A stretch of 43,827 nt of DNA from Diploschistes diacapsis (lineage: Eukaryota), in the NCBI GenBank assembly GCA_023645945.1, contig JALAIB010000032.1, positions 1 to 43,827 of the forward strand, written 5' to 3'. Of this stretch, positions 1 to 10,904 are shown in pieces (positions within the stretch are counted from its first letter, which is position 1; each line of letters begins with the position of its first letter). Below the pieces are notes generated by a model. The model ran no database searches and had not been told where the DNA came from. It was given only the letters and a program-made list of their open reading frames with translations. A program made the translations under genes and the position numbers.

Positions 1-392
1 GGTTTGCGCTGTGGGAGGGCTTGGGGATCCTAGGGATGGTGCTGGTTGCGGTTGTGCTTTGTTGGCTGGGTTGGGGGTAAGAGCAGTTGTGCGCATCGTG
101 CTAAGGCTGGAGAAATTCTGCATAGCGGAGATACTGTGGTAGCAAGGTTCTGGGCTGCTCTCTGGCTGTGTATCGAGCTGGACAAGCTCTTTCTGATGTA
201 TGCACGAGTCGGATCAGAATAGGTTAGTACAACAAAAACACATAGTAACAGCATAAGATCGAAATCGGTTCTAATAGGAACAACCAGAACTCGCTGTTAC
301 ACCAATCAAGCCCACCTTGACGCCTCTGAAAGAGAAGCATGAACGCCGAATGCAGTGCGTGATTTCGTGTCTGTATCCATAGTTCATATACC

Positions 393-3209
393 TCAATCAG
401 AGCAAACAATCCCCTCGAGCGCTTTCAGTGCTCTGACACCTTCATTCTCAAACTTCCCTACGATTTTCTCACAGTCAGTCTTCAACTTCTCCTCACCCTG
501 CTTCGCATTGTATTTGATCCACTCCTCAAGGCTCATTCTCTTTTCTGGACTCGTCAGGCCAGTCTGGATCCCCATAGTATCAACATTTTCCTTATTTGCA
601 TTTGGTGTTCCAACCAACATATAGTCAAGATCGACGGACGACCAGGGGTACGTCGTCTGCAGTTTCGTATTGGTGAGTCTTGAGGGTGACCCAGTAGGTG
701 TGCTTGCGGCTAAAGGTATGCGCATGGTTCTGTTGTTCGTAGGCGAGTAGCGTGCAAGTGGCGGCCGAATCTGGGATGGACGAGCAGAAGGTGGGTGATT
801 TTCGGCATCGGAAGACTGAGGTGTTGGTGTAGGTGATGGAGCCTGGCGCCTTGGGCTTAGCGCAGGTATAGGTGCAGGCGCTTGAGGTTGTTCAATGCGA
901 ACCTCGACTAGGTTTTCAGGTTCTGCCTTTTCCACAGATTGTATGGTCTCTTGCCGCTCTTGAAAAAGCGCTGGAGACTCTTTCACCGACTTCAAGTCTG
1001 CTTCGTCTTGGACGCTCTTGGGCTCAAAATGGCTATCGCTTAATCTGCGCTTTGAAGCCTTCTCATTCTTTGTCTTGACAACCACATCTGGGGCCTCCTC
1101 AGGGATAGACTGTTCTTCTGCTTCGTCCTGCTGAGCTGCATTGTTCCTCGTGAGAGGTACCTCGACGGTGATTTCAACCTTCTTCGTGATAAGTGCGGTT
1201 TTCTTCGGCTGTTTGCCTTTCTTGGTGGAGCCTTTCTTGCTGGTTCTTTTAACTTTCTTCCGCGCCAGAATACTGCTATCAGTTTCATCACCAGAGTCAT
1301 CAGCGGTAGTAGTCATTGTAATCTGTGACGTGTTAATGTGCTCCTGAGCAACTGCAGCCAAGCCTTGGGGCTGCACCACAGTTCTCAAAGATTGGGCCTC
1401 GTGGTTCGCCTCTTGGGTGGTTTGAATGATGGAGACATCCACGGGTGCTTCAAGGGCTCCCATATCCACGTCTGCGTCGTCGACGGCATCAGCCTCCGCC
1501 GTTTCCTGTTCACCAGAAGCAACGACAGGTGAGGCTTCTTTGCTCTTCTTTACACCAGCTCTCGTTGCCTTTTTGGTAATTGGCGGGCTAAGGATCGGTT
1601 CCGTTCTCTCGAAAATCATTAACTCGCTCTCTCCTACAATCTCTGCAGCGCTTTGGCTCATCAAAGCACTAGATTCTATGCCTTCCCGAGTGTTGATTGG
1701 GGAAGCGACCATCCCGGGAGAGGCCCTTACGCGTGGCATATGTAACCCTGTAATCTCGCTCTCATCTTTACCTAGAACCTGCCAGTTATCGCTTCCATCC
1801 GATGAGAATCTCTCGAGGTCTGCTTCTAATTGCGCTTCGATTTCTTCGTCCGCCGGCGTAGGAGCTCGAAGAGATGCTTTTGATGCTGTTGATGCCAAGC
1901 GCGTAGAAGCTTTCCGTGCAGGACCTTTCTTAGCGGTTGAAGATGCCCTCTTCCTTGTGCCTTTAGCACCCTTCTTCGGCTGAGGTTTGGGCACAACTTC
2001 GTCTGCATTCTCCATCGTAACGTTGATTTCTTGCGGCTGTACAGGGGTAGGTTCTGGTTTGGCAGTATTACTGCGAACTCTAGTAGCACGCTTTGGCGGC
2101 GGCGCAGCCGAATGTTCCACAGTATCCGTCTGCATCTCCTCACTTTTTCTCTTTTTACCCCTTGTGCTTTTGGGTGACGGACTAGGAACCTTGATTTCGA
2201 AATTGTCATCCTCTGGTTCGACGATGCTGCTTGCCTGAGCCTCTGCCGCCTTTGTTCGTGTAGTCTTTGTTTTCGATTTCGCCTGGCCTCTCTTAGGCCT
2301 TCCAGGCTTCCTCGCCTTGGATGCCGTAGATAACATTGACATATCTGTCGCTGCGCTTAATATGCTGTCACCGTGATCCATGGTAACGTCAGCCATCGGT
2401 TGGTCTTCAATGATCGCGTTCGCGTTTGATTGCAAGGACATTCGAGGAGCTTTCGATGTCCTAACTTTCCCCCCCCGCGTGGTTGATGCCTTCCCAGCTA
2501 TTTGACTGGCGAAGAAGGCACAAGTCGGAGATCGGCGTTGATGCTCGTCACTGGGGCACTGTCAGTTGAATACTCTAGAAGGCAAGCGCAGGCGTGAGCC
2601 ACTCACAAAGGCTTGTCTTTCGGTTCCCATCCATCTAAGCACAGACCACAATACGCACACTTTGCATAGTCGTCGCTTTCTGGGGTCGGGTAATAATACC
2701 ATCCTGCCTCAACCATTTTTTGAACCTTGCAAGTCCACCCTCTTTTCCTTTCATGGGGCCACATATCTGCGAATGTGGCTTTCCGTGCTTCTATCATCCT
2801 TTCTGACATCGGGTCTTCAGTCCGCAAGTCACCGCTCTCATCCTCTTGCTCCAACGCAATCTGAGTGGCCCAACCACATTCTGGAGACAATGCTACATGC
2901 TCTTTCGCAGGATCATCCTCTGCTTCCCATCCATCGACATCCTTTCGGCAGAAAAAGCATTGAACGTTGTCAGGTGAAGAAGAGGTGGGTTTGAAGTAGA
3001 AACCAGCTTGTGCGAGCTATATCGGTCAGCTGTGAGCGTTGTTGAACAGCGACGAAAATATTCACCTGTGCCGGCGATGGACTCTTATGAGGCCATTTGG
3101 TTCCTTTGGCGCCCTTCGCGTTGGACGCTCTCTTCTTGGCCTTGGCTTGTGCCGGCGTAAATGTCTCGAGACGCGCCGCAACGGTCTCCATACTCTGTGT
3201 AGTCGCCAT
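393..3209 (-). CDS. BIR1: Chromosome segregation protein Bir1/survivin homologue (two BIR domains); exons 3209-3066, 3016-2607, 2550-393, about 903 aa
   Basis: BIR motifs 'ARLETF...WPH...LAQAGFY' and 'RKATFADMWPHE...MVEAGWYY...CAYCGLCLDGWEPKDKPLDEHQRRSPTC'. C-terminus 'MSLEEWIKYNAKQGEEKLKTDCE...ALEGI'. Two GT-AG introns with branch sites; exon lengths sum to a multiple of 3. Confidence 0.92.
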
Positions 3210-3688
3210 GATTTTGGAAGGGGAAAGTATATTATGTACAGTCGCAAAAACCTTTGAAGCAAGAGAGAGCATATGTAGATGCGTTAATGCGAAGCTAACA
3301 GGCGATCATCGTTGATTCTCAATTCTCAAGTCCAAAGTTGACTGCAAAAGACAGCCTTTCCAAAGCTCGTGTTTGTTTTGTTGTTTTTGGCGGGATCGGA
3401 TTTAAGGTTAAGCGAGGTGCGTTGTTCCTGGTGGATCCGCGGGCTGTGGCCTTGGGTGGGCTTACTATAGCGGCCAACCCTGAGAAAGTCACAACCTAGG
3501 AGGCGGGCACAATGTCCGTCTACAGTACGTGAACGCTGCCTGGCAGCCTAAGTTATATCGACCTCTTCCACAGTTCAACGTGCAATTTCAGATATTGAAA
3601 TAACGCTTGTGATGCATATGCTACCGTCAATGGCGTTCCCTGTCATCTTACAACTAAGTTCTTTTGTTTTGTCAGCTTGTTTCTCTTC

Positions 3689-5445
3689 ATGATCGCCATG
3701 AGAGTAACTCTATCTTTTGTATGCCAACAATTCTTTTCAAGAGCGTCAAGTGCTAACGTCTCTCCTACTTATAGGCTCACCTTGCCGGTAGACCTGGACT
3801 ATGCAGGCATGCTGCGTTGCGGCTTCAGGAAAGCGCTCCGCTGGCGACAGTCGCCAGGCTGCAGAAAAGAGAATATGCTACGGGAAGCGAAGAGACGCCT
3901 CTCCATGGGTCAAGTAGCGCCTGGAACTCATCATCAACGCAAAAATCCTATCCCAGCTCTCACGCATCCTCCCAGACGCGCTCGCAACGACCAGATGTCC
4001 CGCCTCCAGACTGGGACGAGAACCCTGACCTCAGCATTTCCGCCTTTTCCGAGCTCCCTTCCACCAACTTCGGCGTGAATCAGCACATGATTATCAACAA
4101 TGAGTTCAAAGAAGCCCTCCGACAAATTCTCTGGCAGTTCCGCGCCCCGATCCGCTACGCTTTCGCCTACGGATCTGGCGTCTTCCCTCAGACCGCCCAA
4201 CCGTCCAACAAGCCTCCAACGAACCTCCACCCGCACCCCTCCTCCGCCATCTCTACCGTCCAAGGTGGTAGCGGCAAAATGATTGACTTTATCTTCGGCG
4301 TTAGCCACACACAGCACTGGCACAGTCTCAACCTTCAACAGCACCGCAATCACTATTCTGGGCTGGGTTCGCTTGGGTCGTACGTTGTGTCACGCGTACA
4401 AGATGACGTAGGCGCAGGCGTCTATTTCAATCCCTTCGTGACTGTCAACGGAACGCTTATCAAATACGGCGTCGTCAACATCGACACCCTCTGCACCGAC
4501 CTTTCCGAATGGTCGACCCTCTACCTCGCCGGGCGCCTACACAAACCCGTCAAGATCCTCCGCGACGATCCGCGCGTGCGGCTGGCCAATCAAGTCAACC
4601 TCCTCTCCGCCGTCCGCACCGCCCTCCTCTTGCTCCCCGAAAAGTTCTCCGAGCGCGACCTCTACGCGACAATAGCCTCCATCTCGTACATAGGCGACGT
4701 GCGCATGGTGCTCCCCGCCGAAGACAAAAGCAAGGTCGCCAACATCGTGACGCATCAGCTCCCCAACTTCCGCCGCCTCTACGCGCCCCTCATTGACACT
4801 CTCCCCAACGTCTCCTTCGTAGACTCCGCCGCCGCACGAATCGATAACCCCTCCTGGGCCGACGACCCCTCGCTCAACGCCCAGCTGCACCAGGACATGC
4901 ACCCGCTCAAACGCGGCAACATGGTGCGGCGCCTGCCCAAAACGTTTCGCGAAAAAGTCTACTTTGCCTTCCAGTCCCGCTATCGGATCCCGCAGGCCGA
5001 GTTCGATCGCATGCTGGAGGACTCCGCGGACGAGGACGCGCGGGGCAGCATCAAGCGGCGACAGGGCGGCGTCTTCGAGCAGCGTGTCGCGAGCGAGCCG
5101 AGGGATGTGCTGGCGCGTGAGGTGGGTGGCGTGATCAGGAAGACGATCTGGTGGCCGAGCACGAGCCAGAGTCTGAAGAGCCTGTTTACGGCGGGTGTGG
5201 CGAGGAGTTGGAGGTATGTTGGCGAGAAGGTCGAGAAGTGGAGGGAAGGGAGGAGGAGGGAGAAGGAGAGGGGGGAGGAAGCGAGCAGGGCGAAAGACGG
5301 TGGTGCTGGTGACGGTGGTGGTGCGGAGAGAGGAGAGAAGAGGGCGAAGGGAGAGGTGGAGAAGGCCAAGGTTCCAGAGCCGGAGGAGAATGATGAGAAG
5401 GGCATTGAAGGGAACGAGAGTGTCGGCGAGCAGGAGAAGAAATAG
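3689..5445 (+). CDS. TAM41: Mitochondrial phosphatidate cytidylyltransferase Tam41/Mmp37; probable 5' intron 3719-3774; start at 3689 or 3698
   Basis: Motifs 'APIRYAFAYGSGVFPQ', 'KMIDFIFGV', 'GVYFNPFV...IKYGVV', 'LYLAGRLHKPVKIL'. Intron gtatgc...gctaac...tag joins a basic presequence-like N-terminus in frame. Confidence 0.92.
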
Positions 5446-6200
5446 AAGCGAACGGAGGCGGATGGGGGAATTATTGAATCTTTTGTATGACAGAAGCATC
5501 AGCACCTTCGGATTCCTCTTTTGTTAGAGCGGTACGGACGGGCCAGCATGCAGCATAGCGAATAAGCTCTGGTTCGAGGCAAGGGAAGTGAAAAGTAGAA
5601 TAGCTGTACATAGTATAAAAGGAAACAATACCTGCCATTCAGATACGGAAGAGCCCTCATCGGCGAACATTTCACAGTTCAAAAATTCGTTGTAGTGATA
5701 CCGTCCAATGTGCTCAATAAACCCGGTTGGTCCCGGGCAACTCTCTTCCCTTACATACGTACATGCGCAGGCTACAAGAAAATGCCTCCCATCGCTCTCG
5801 CAGGCTCGGAACGCTCATCACGCGCTTGTATTCTATTCAAACAACTCATCTCGTGCCATGTGACTGCTCTAATACAACAGTTCAAAGGAAGGGGAAACAA
5901 TTAGCGCTGGCCTCGTATTCCAGGGATATCGGGCCCAGTGCTTCGTGTGCTTCGCCGTGTTGAAGGAGAATCAAAAAACACCCATTAAAATGCTAGAGGG
6001 GGAGAACGCTGCGTGGCTTGGTCGTAAATGATGCGATCTGATGAGAAGTGAAAATGCGGTTTCCCCCACACTAAGCTGTGGGAGAGCGGAAAAGGAAAGT
6101 CGTCGATGTTATGACGGTTGAAAAAATGGCGATCAGATTATGCGTCTTGATGAGTGCTGACTGAAGTTTCGGGCGGAGGTATCAAGGATAACGGGACCCT

Positions 6201-8930
6201 TCAGAATACAGCAGCAAGCCCCTGCTTCGATTGCCGCTTGCTGAATCGTTTGAAGCCCTTTGGTTCCTCGGTGTTGTTGCTTGAGGTGTTCCTCTGTAGT
6301 ATGCCCCTGTTGTTGCTGCTGCTGCCGGCTGCATCCGGTTCCCGGGACCGAAGCTCTGCATTCATGTCCAAAGTGTTGGCCGCGCTTGACATGCTGGACT
6401 GCAGATCCCGAATGTCCTCGTCGGGAGCGTAGGAATTGGTCGAGCTTTGCGAGATTGCCACTTCTTTGGCCCGGTCCAGAGCTTCGAGCCATTCCTCAGC
6501 AGCAGCGGAAGTTGCGGACCCGTCAGAAGAAGAGGCTTTCGGATCCTCAAACGAAACATGCCGATCACGCTGCCCAGTTTTGTTAGTCTGCTTCGTGAAT
6601 AGTCGCATCTTTATACTTACGGTATCTATGCTCCAGTAACTCAAGCCCTTAGGATCTTGGAGTTTCTTCCATGAACAGCCTTCCTCGAGGAGTTGGATTT
6701 CGTGCTTCGTTTTCTTCTCGTGCCCATCAGCAGCGGCTATCAAAACCCTTCCGCTTGACGTGACCATCACAAGCCGCTGGCGCTTTTTCGAGGCCCCACC
6801 AGCGCCAAAAAACCTTGCAAATTTGCTCCCGTCTCCATTCTGATGGGGACCTTTCCCTGACGGACTGTTGGGTGCGATGCTTGATAGTACAACCTGCTGG
6901 CCAACTTTCAGGATTCTTTCATTATTTCGTGTCAGGATCGGCGACCATTCAATGTCAAGCTGGCTTGGGGGAGGAAGCTCGGTGATTACTCGCGGCAAAG
7001 GACGCACCGGCGTGCCTTTGCTATTAGCACCACCGGATATATGGACGGGCCTTGTACTGTGTGAAGGTTGAACATCTACCGGGGGAAGCCCGCGAGCTGT
7101 GTCTACTGGGGCAGCACCACCCAATTGTGTCGAGGTAGCAGGCTGCGGTGCATAGCACTTAAGTCGTGGCGCTTTCTGTTCCCATAGGCTTCGCCCCCAT
7201 CTTATGCCATCAAAGAATTCATGGCTTTTGATATGATCTATTGTCAGTCGCCTCGAGGGGTCAAGCACCAGCAGCCGCTCTACCAAATCCCGAGCTACGG
7301 GCGGGAAGCCTTTCGGGAAGGTATAGTCCAGTGCCACGATTTTTTGGAAGGTTAAATACTCGTTGGCAGCCTTGAAAGGCGGTCTACCGGCAAGGAGCTG
7401 ATATACTATGCACCCGAAAGCCCAGAGATCGCTAGCTTTACCAGCATTTTTTTCGGTCAGCAACTCCGGGCTAACATATTCAGCGGTGCCCACGAATGAG
7501 ACGGCGCGGTTGCTTTCTGAGCCATCCGTTGGGTCGCCAGGTATGGGCACACCATTCGAGTTCGCTCTTGTTCGTTTGTGCATATCCAAAATCTTGGCAG
7601 TGCCAAAGTCCGTGATCTTGATATACATGTGATCGTCCAGGAGCACGTTTTCGGGTTTCAGGTCCCTGTGTATCACCCCTCTCGAGTGCATGTATTCAAT
7701 CGTGTCCAGAATCTGGGCTCCATAGAACCGTGTGCATTCTTCGTCAAAGGTCGTCATCCGCTTCAGGACGCCGAGCAGCTCGCCCCCGCTTGCAACGTCG
7801 AGCACAAAGTACAGCGATCGCTCGTCCTGAAATGTATAGTATAGTCTGACAACACCCGGGTGGTCGGTGAGTCTGTTGAGGGTGTCCTTCTCGATATTCA
7901 CATACTTGACCTTCTTCTCCTTTATGATATGCCTCTTATCCAAAACCTTTATCGCATATTCCTTGCCAGTCTGCCGGTCTGTTGCCAAGAGCACCGTACT
8001 GTAGGAGCCCTCTCCCAACGTCTGTCCGAAATGGAAATCTTTGACTCCCTTCTTCACATATCGCGTAACAGGCCGGCCGCTTGCATCGAGCAAAGGCCGT
8101 CCGTTGGCGTCCACTTCTTGACGAAGTCCAGCGGCGGCACCTCGTTCCTGCCACTCCTCACTGCTCTTGTTTGGATCACCCTCCAAGCCGTAAGCCAATC
8201 CGTTCGACATAGCAGATGCAGGTTGCGTAGGCTTTGAACTTCTGCGGGGTGGAAACGGTCCGTTGCCTAGTTGCGTGGGCGCCACACTTCGATACGACCG
8301 GTCGCTGTAGCTCCCTTCCCGTGACGGTACACCGGCTTGCAGCGCAGTGTGTGCCTGCCTTGACCCGTTTCTTCTCGGCACACCGTTCAAGGAGGACTGT
8401 GACGGTTCCCTGTGGATTCGATAGGAGGCGTCCCGTGGGGGCAGCGGAGAGTTGATGGGCTGCTGGTTGTAAACCATAGGTGCTGATTTCAGAGGCATAT
8501 TGCTTGGTCTTTGTGCGTGCGAAGCGACTGCGAACTGGGGAGCCGGTTGTGCAGGTTGACTAGAATAGTTCTGTACAACGCCGGAGCTTTGGTGACCTTC
8601 TTGCCGTGAAGCTGAAGAGGCATGTCGTCTCAGCATTGAAATATCTTGAGGGGCGAGTGATTGACCCAGAAGCATGCTGTCGGTCGAGGAAGAGCTTGGT
8701 TCAAAGCCGATCTGTGACAGGGGCCGCCCATGGAGCTCGCTGGGGATGGAAGGGAGTTGTCCATTGTTGGATTGCACGGATTCGATGTTGGAGAGGGATA
8801 CGGCTTGCGAGAGTGTCGAGCCATGTGCTGAGCTCAAAGAATCGGCGTGAGAGCCGGGTGACGGGGCATCGTCAGGATTAGCTATTCTCAGCCCGCCGAG
8901 GGACTGCGATAGGCTTAGATCACCGTCCAT
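6201..8930 (-). CDS. ksg1: PDK1-family Ser/Thr kinase (Ksg1/Pkh-like) with C-terminal PH-like domain; probable in-frame intron 6620-6570
   Basis: 'GEGSYSTV', 'YAIKVLDKRHIIKEKKVKYVNIEK', 'HRDLKPEN', 'DFGTAK', 'SFVGTAEYVSPE'. The first ATG is at 8930 (MDGDLSLSQSLGGL); the ORF track starts at an upstream GTG. Confidence 0.93.
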   Translation of the reverse strand: MDGDLSLSQSLGGLRIANPDDAPSPGSHADSLSSAHGSTLSQAVSLSNIESVQSNNGQLPSIPSELHGRPLSQIGFEPSSSSTDSMLLGQSLAPQDISMLRRHASSASRQEGHQSSGVVQNYSSQPAQPAPQFAVASHAQRPSNMPLKSAPMVYNQQPINSPLPPRDASYRIHREPSQSSLNGVPRRNGSRQAHTALQAGVPSREGSYSDRSYRSVAPTQLGNGPFPPRRSSKPTQPASAMSNGLAYGLEGDPNKSSEEWQERGAAAGLRQEVDANGRPLLDASGRPVTRYVKKGVKDFHFGQTLGEGSYSTVLLATDRQTGKEYAIKVLDKRHIIKEKKVKYVNIEKDTLNRLTDHPGVVRLYYTFQDERSLYFVLDVASGGELLGVLKRMTTFDEECTRFYGAQILDTIEYMHSRGVIHRDLKPENVLLDDHMYIKITDFGTAKILDMHKRTRANSNGVPIPGDPTDGSESNRAVSFVGTAEYVSPELLTEKNAGKASDLWAFGCIVYQLLAGRPPFKAANEYLTFQKIVALDYTFPKGFPPVARDLVERLLVLDPSRRLTIDHIKSHEFFDGIRWGRSLWEQKAPRLKCYAPQPATSTQLGGAAPVDTARGLPPVDVQPSHSTRPVHISGGANSKGTPVRPLPRVITELPPPSQLDIEWSPILTRNNERILKVGQQVVLSSIAPNSPSGKGPHQNGDGSKFARFFGAGGASKKRQRLVMVTSSGRVLIAAADGHEKKTKHEIQLLEEGCSWKKLQDPKGLSYWSIDTVSIKMRLFTKQTNKTGQRDRHVSFEDPKASSSDGSATSAAAEEWLEALDRAKEVAISQSSTNSYAPDEDIRDLQSSMSSAANTLDMNAELRSREPDAAGSSSNNRGILQRNTSSNNTEEPKGFKRFSKRQSKQGLAAVF

Positions 8931-9084
8931 CGTGCAGCGTGCAGCATAACAAAGAAGGAGGTGCACGCCGACTTCCCAAAGCTCGCAAGGAGCTCTAGAA
9001 AGCTCGAATTTGACCGTAACTGATAGATAAACCTCGGCGTTTTTTAGTTACCGTCGTTTTTGACTTGCCGAAGGGGTAATGACG

Positions 9085-9143
9085 AGCAGCAGTGGCAGCA
9101 GTGGCAGTAGTGGCAGTGGCAATGGCAGTGGCAGTGGCAGCAC
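9085..9143 (+). repeat. Imperfect (GCAGTG)n microsatellite upstream of the kinase gene
   Basis: gcagcagtggcagcagtggcagtagtggcagtggcaatggcagtggcagtggcagca is directly visible. Confidence 0.85.
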
Positions 9144-10904
9144 TGACAGGCAGGCAGCAGTTGGCAGGAAAATGTTTCACTTAAGGCCCTGCCAGGATCA
9201 AGTTGAGTTGAGTTTTGAATTTCAAGTTACTCGTAAGTAATTGGCGATAAATGCCAACTGCAACAGCCTGCAGGCAGCAAGTCAAGTGGGGAGCCGTGGT
9301 GGGATTGAGCGAATCACGAATTATGAAAAGAATGAATTCTTACAGGCAAAGGCAGGTAGGTGGGTAGGTAGGTTGGTAAAGGGTTGGTAAAGCAGTTTGA
9401 TGGGGAACGTCAATTGGGGGGCGCTGGGCACCTAATCATAAGCAATCAACAGCAACTAAAGCTACGCGGGGCGCCCCAAAACAGCGGGGTCCAGCACGCA
9501 GGAGATACATGCACAACGGACGCCGACACGAGCCTGGGCGCGTTGCGAGCCAGAGCCCGTCCCGGGGCAACGAATCATTGGCAGTTTGGCAAGAATCAGC
9601 TGGCTGGTAATAAGTAGTCTCTCTCTTGCATCTAACCTTCTTTTCTCCTCCCTTGCTGCCCTTTCCGCCAACCGTCGCCCGCCGCCCTCTCCTCGATTAT
9701 CGTGCGCCGTTGAAAAAGGAGGAGGGGGATATCCAGAATAATTGATAGAGGAGGAAGGGCGATGTTGGGTGGGGTTTTAAAGGGCGGGAAGCTTGCCGCG
9801 GCGGCGTGGATCTCCACGAGGGGCAAAACGCGGGTGAGGAGGCCTTAGAACGAGAGGAGGAGGCTGCTAGGGGAAATAAGGGCTGGATAGAGTGAGGTAT
9901 GCCTGCTTTTTAGGGGTGCAGTTTGGGACGCAGAGGGCTTCAAAACCCTGATCTAGTCTTTTTGATCTTTTACGGCATTTTCTATATAGAGATCCGGCCT
10001 TCTATATAATTATTTAGGCGTATTCAGTACGTATTTGCTTTGTAATCAAATTTTAATGAGTGTCTCGAAGATGTGCACGCTTGCGACGGCGAGGGTGGCT
10101 TGTATATTAAATGCATACAGAATAGGAGGTGCTCCTGAGACAAACTGGGAATCTGGCTTAGCGCTCTTATTACCGCTTCCCAGGTAGGTAGGCGATATTA
10201 TCTCTTTAAACCGCTTCATGAGACGTGCTGGACAGACGAAAGCAGGAATGCTAGACGGCAGACGAGCTAGTGTGCTAGGTAGTAGGTGGTACTAGATGTC
10301 CCAGGCCATAACCAGGCGCAGTAAACCATGTTGGGATTTAAGATATTAGTTACATAGTCAACAACAATAACCACTTTATGCCTGCCCAGAGAGCCCAGGA
10401 GTGCTTCAGCTAACTATAGAAAAGATCCGGGGAGAGCTTCACGTATCCCAGAACCATAATATAATTAATCTGAAGCATTCTTCGAACTCTTGTGTAAAGT
10501 GTAAAGTAGTAAAAAGAGGTATTTGATGTGCAAATCATCATTAGTATCCTCTGCTAGGTAGTAAATCTCAATTATACCGAATAAGCTCCTCAGGTCTTGG
10601 CAGCACTTACAGCCAAAAGCTGTCGGAGTTGAAGCGGCACGTGCAATCTGACATCTCTTGCCTGGCTGAGACATGCATTCTGGAAACTGCGAAAGTCTAC
10701 AGTGGTAGGAAATCCCCCTTTTATTGCTCTGCGCTTTGCCCTGCTCTTTCCTTTGCTGGAGCACGAGCTTTCCTCGAGTTCAATTCTACAAAATGGGTAT
10801 TGCCCTGCCCAACAAGATGCTGTGCCTATCTCTATATAACAGAGGGGTACTTGGGCCCACCTATTATTGCAATATATATCGTTATGATCACAGTCTGCAT
10901 AACG

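Noticed and set aside
4537..5505. 322-aa antisense ORF over TAM41, and similar long antisense or overlapping ORFs at 1426-1983, 23564-24382 and 30729-31331
   Set aside because: Shadow ORFs of GC-rich conserved genes, with low-complexity translations and no recognisable motifs.
8995..9180. ORF with an Ala/Thr run upstream of the kinase
   Set aside because: It is only the translation of the GCAGTG microsatellite and starts at GTG.
10629..10904. Upstream extension of the 460-aa ORF
   Set aside because: Starts at TTG and looks like non-coding sequence; the Cdc26-like motif argues for ATG 10905.
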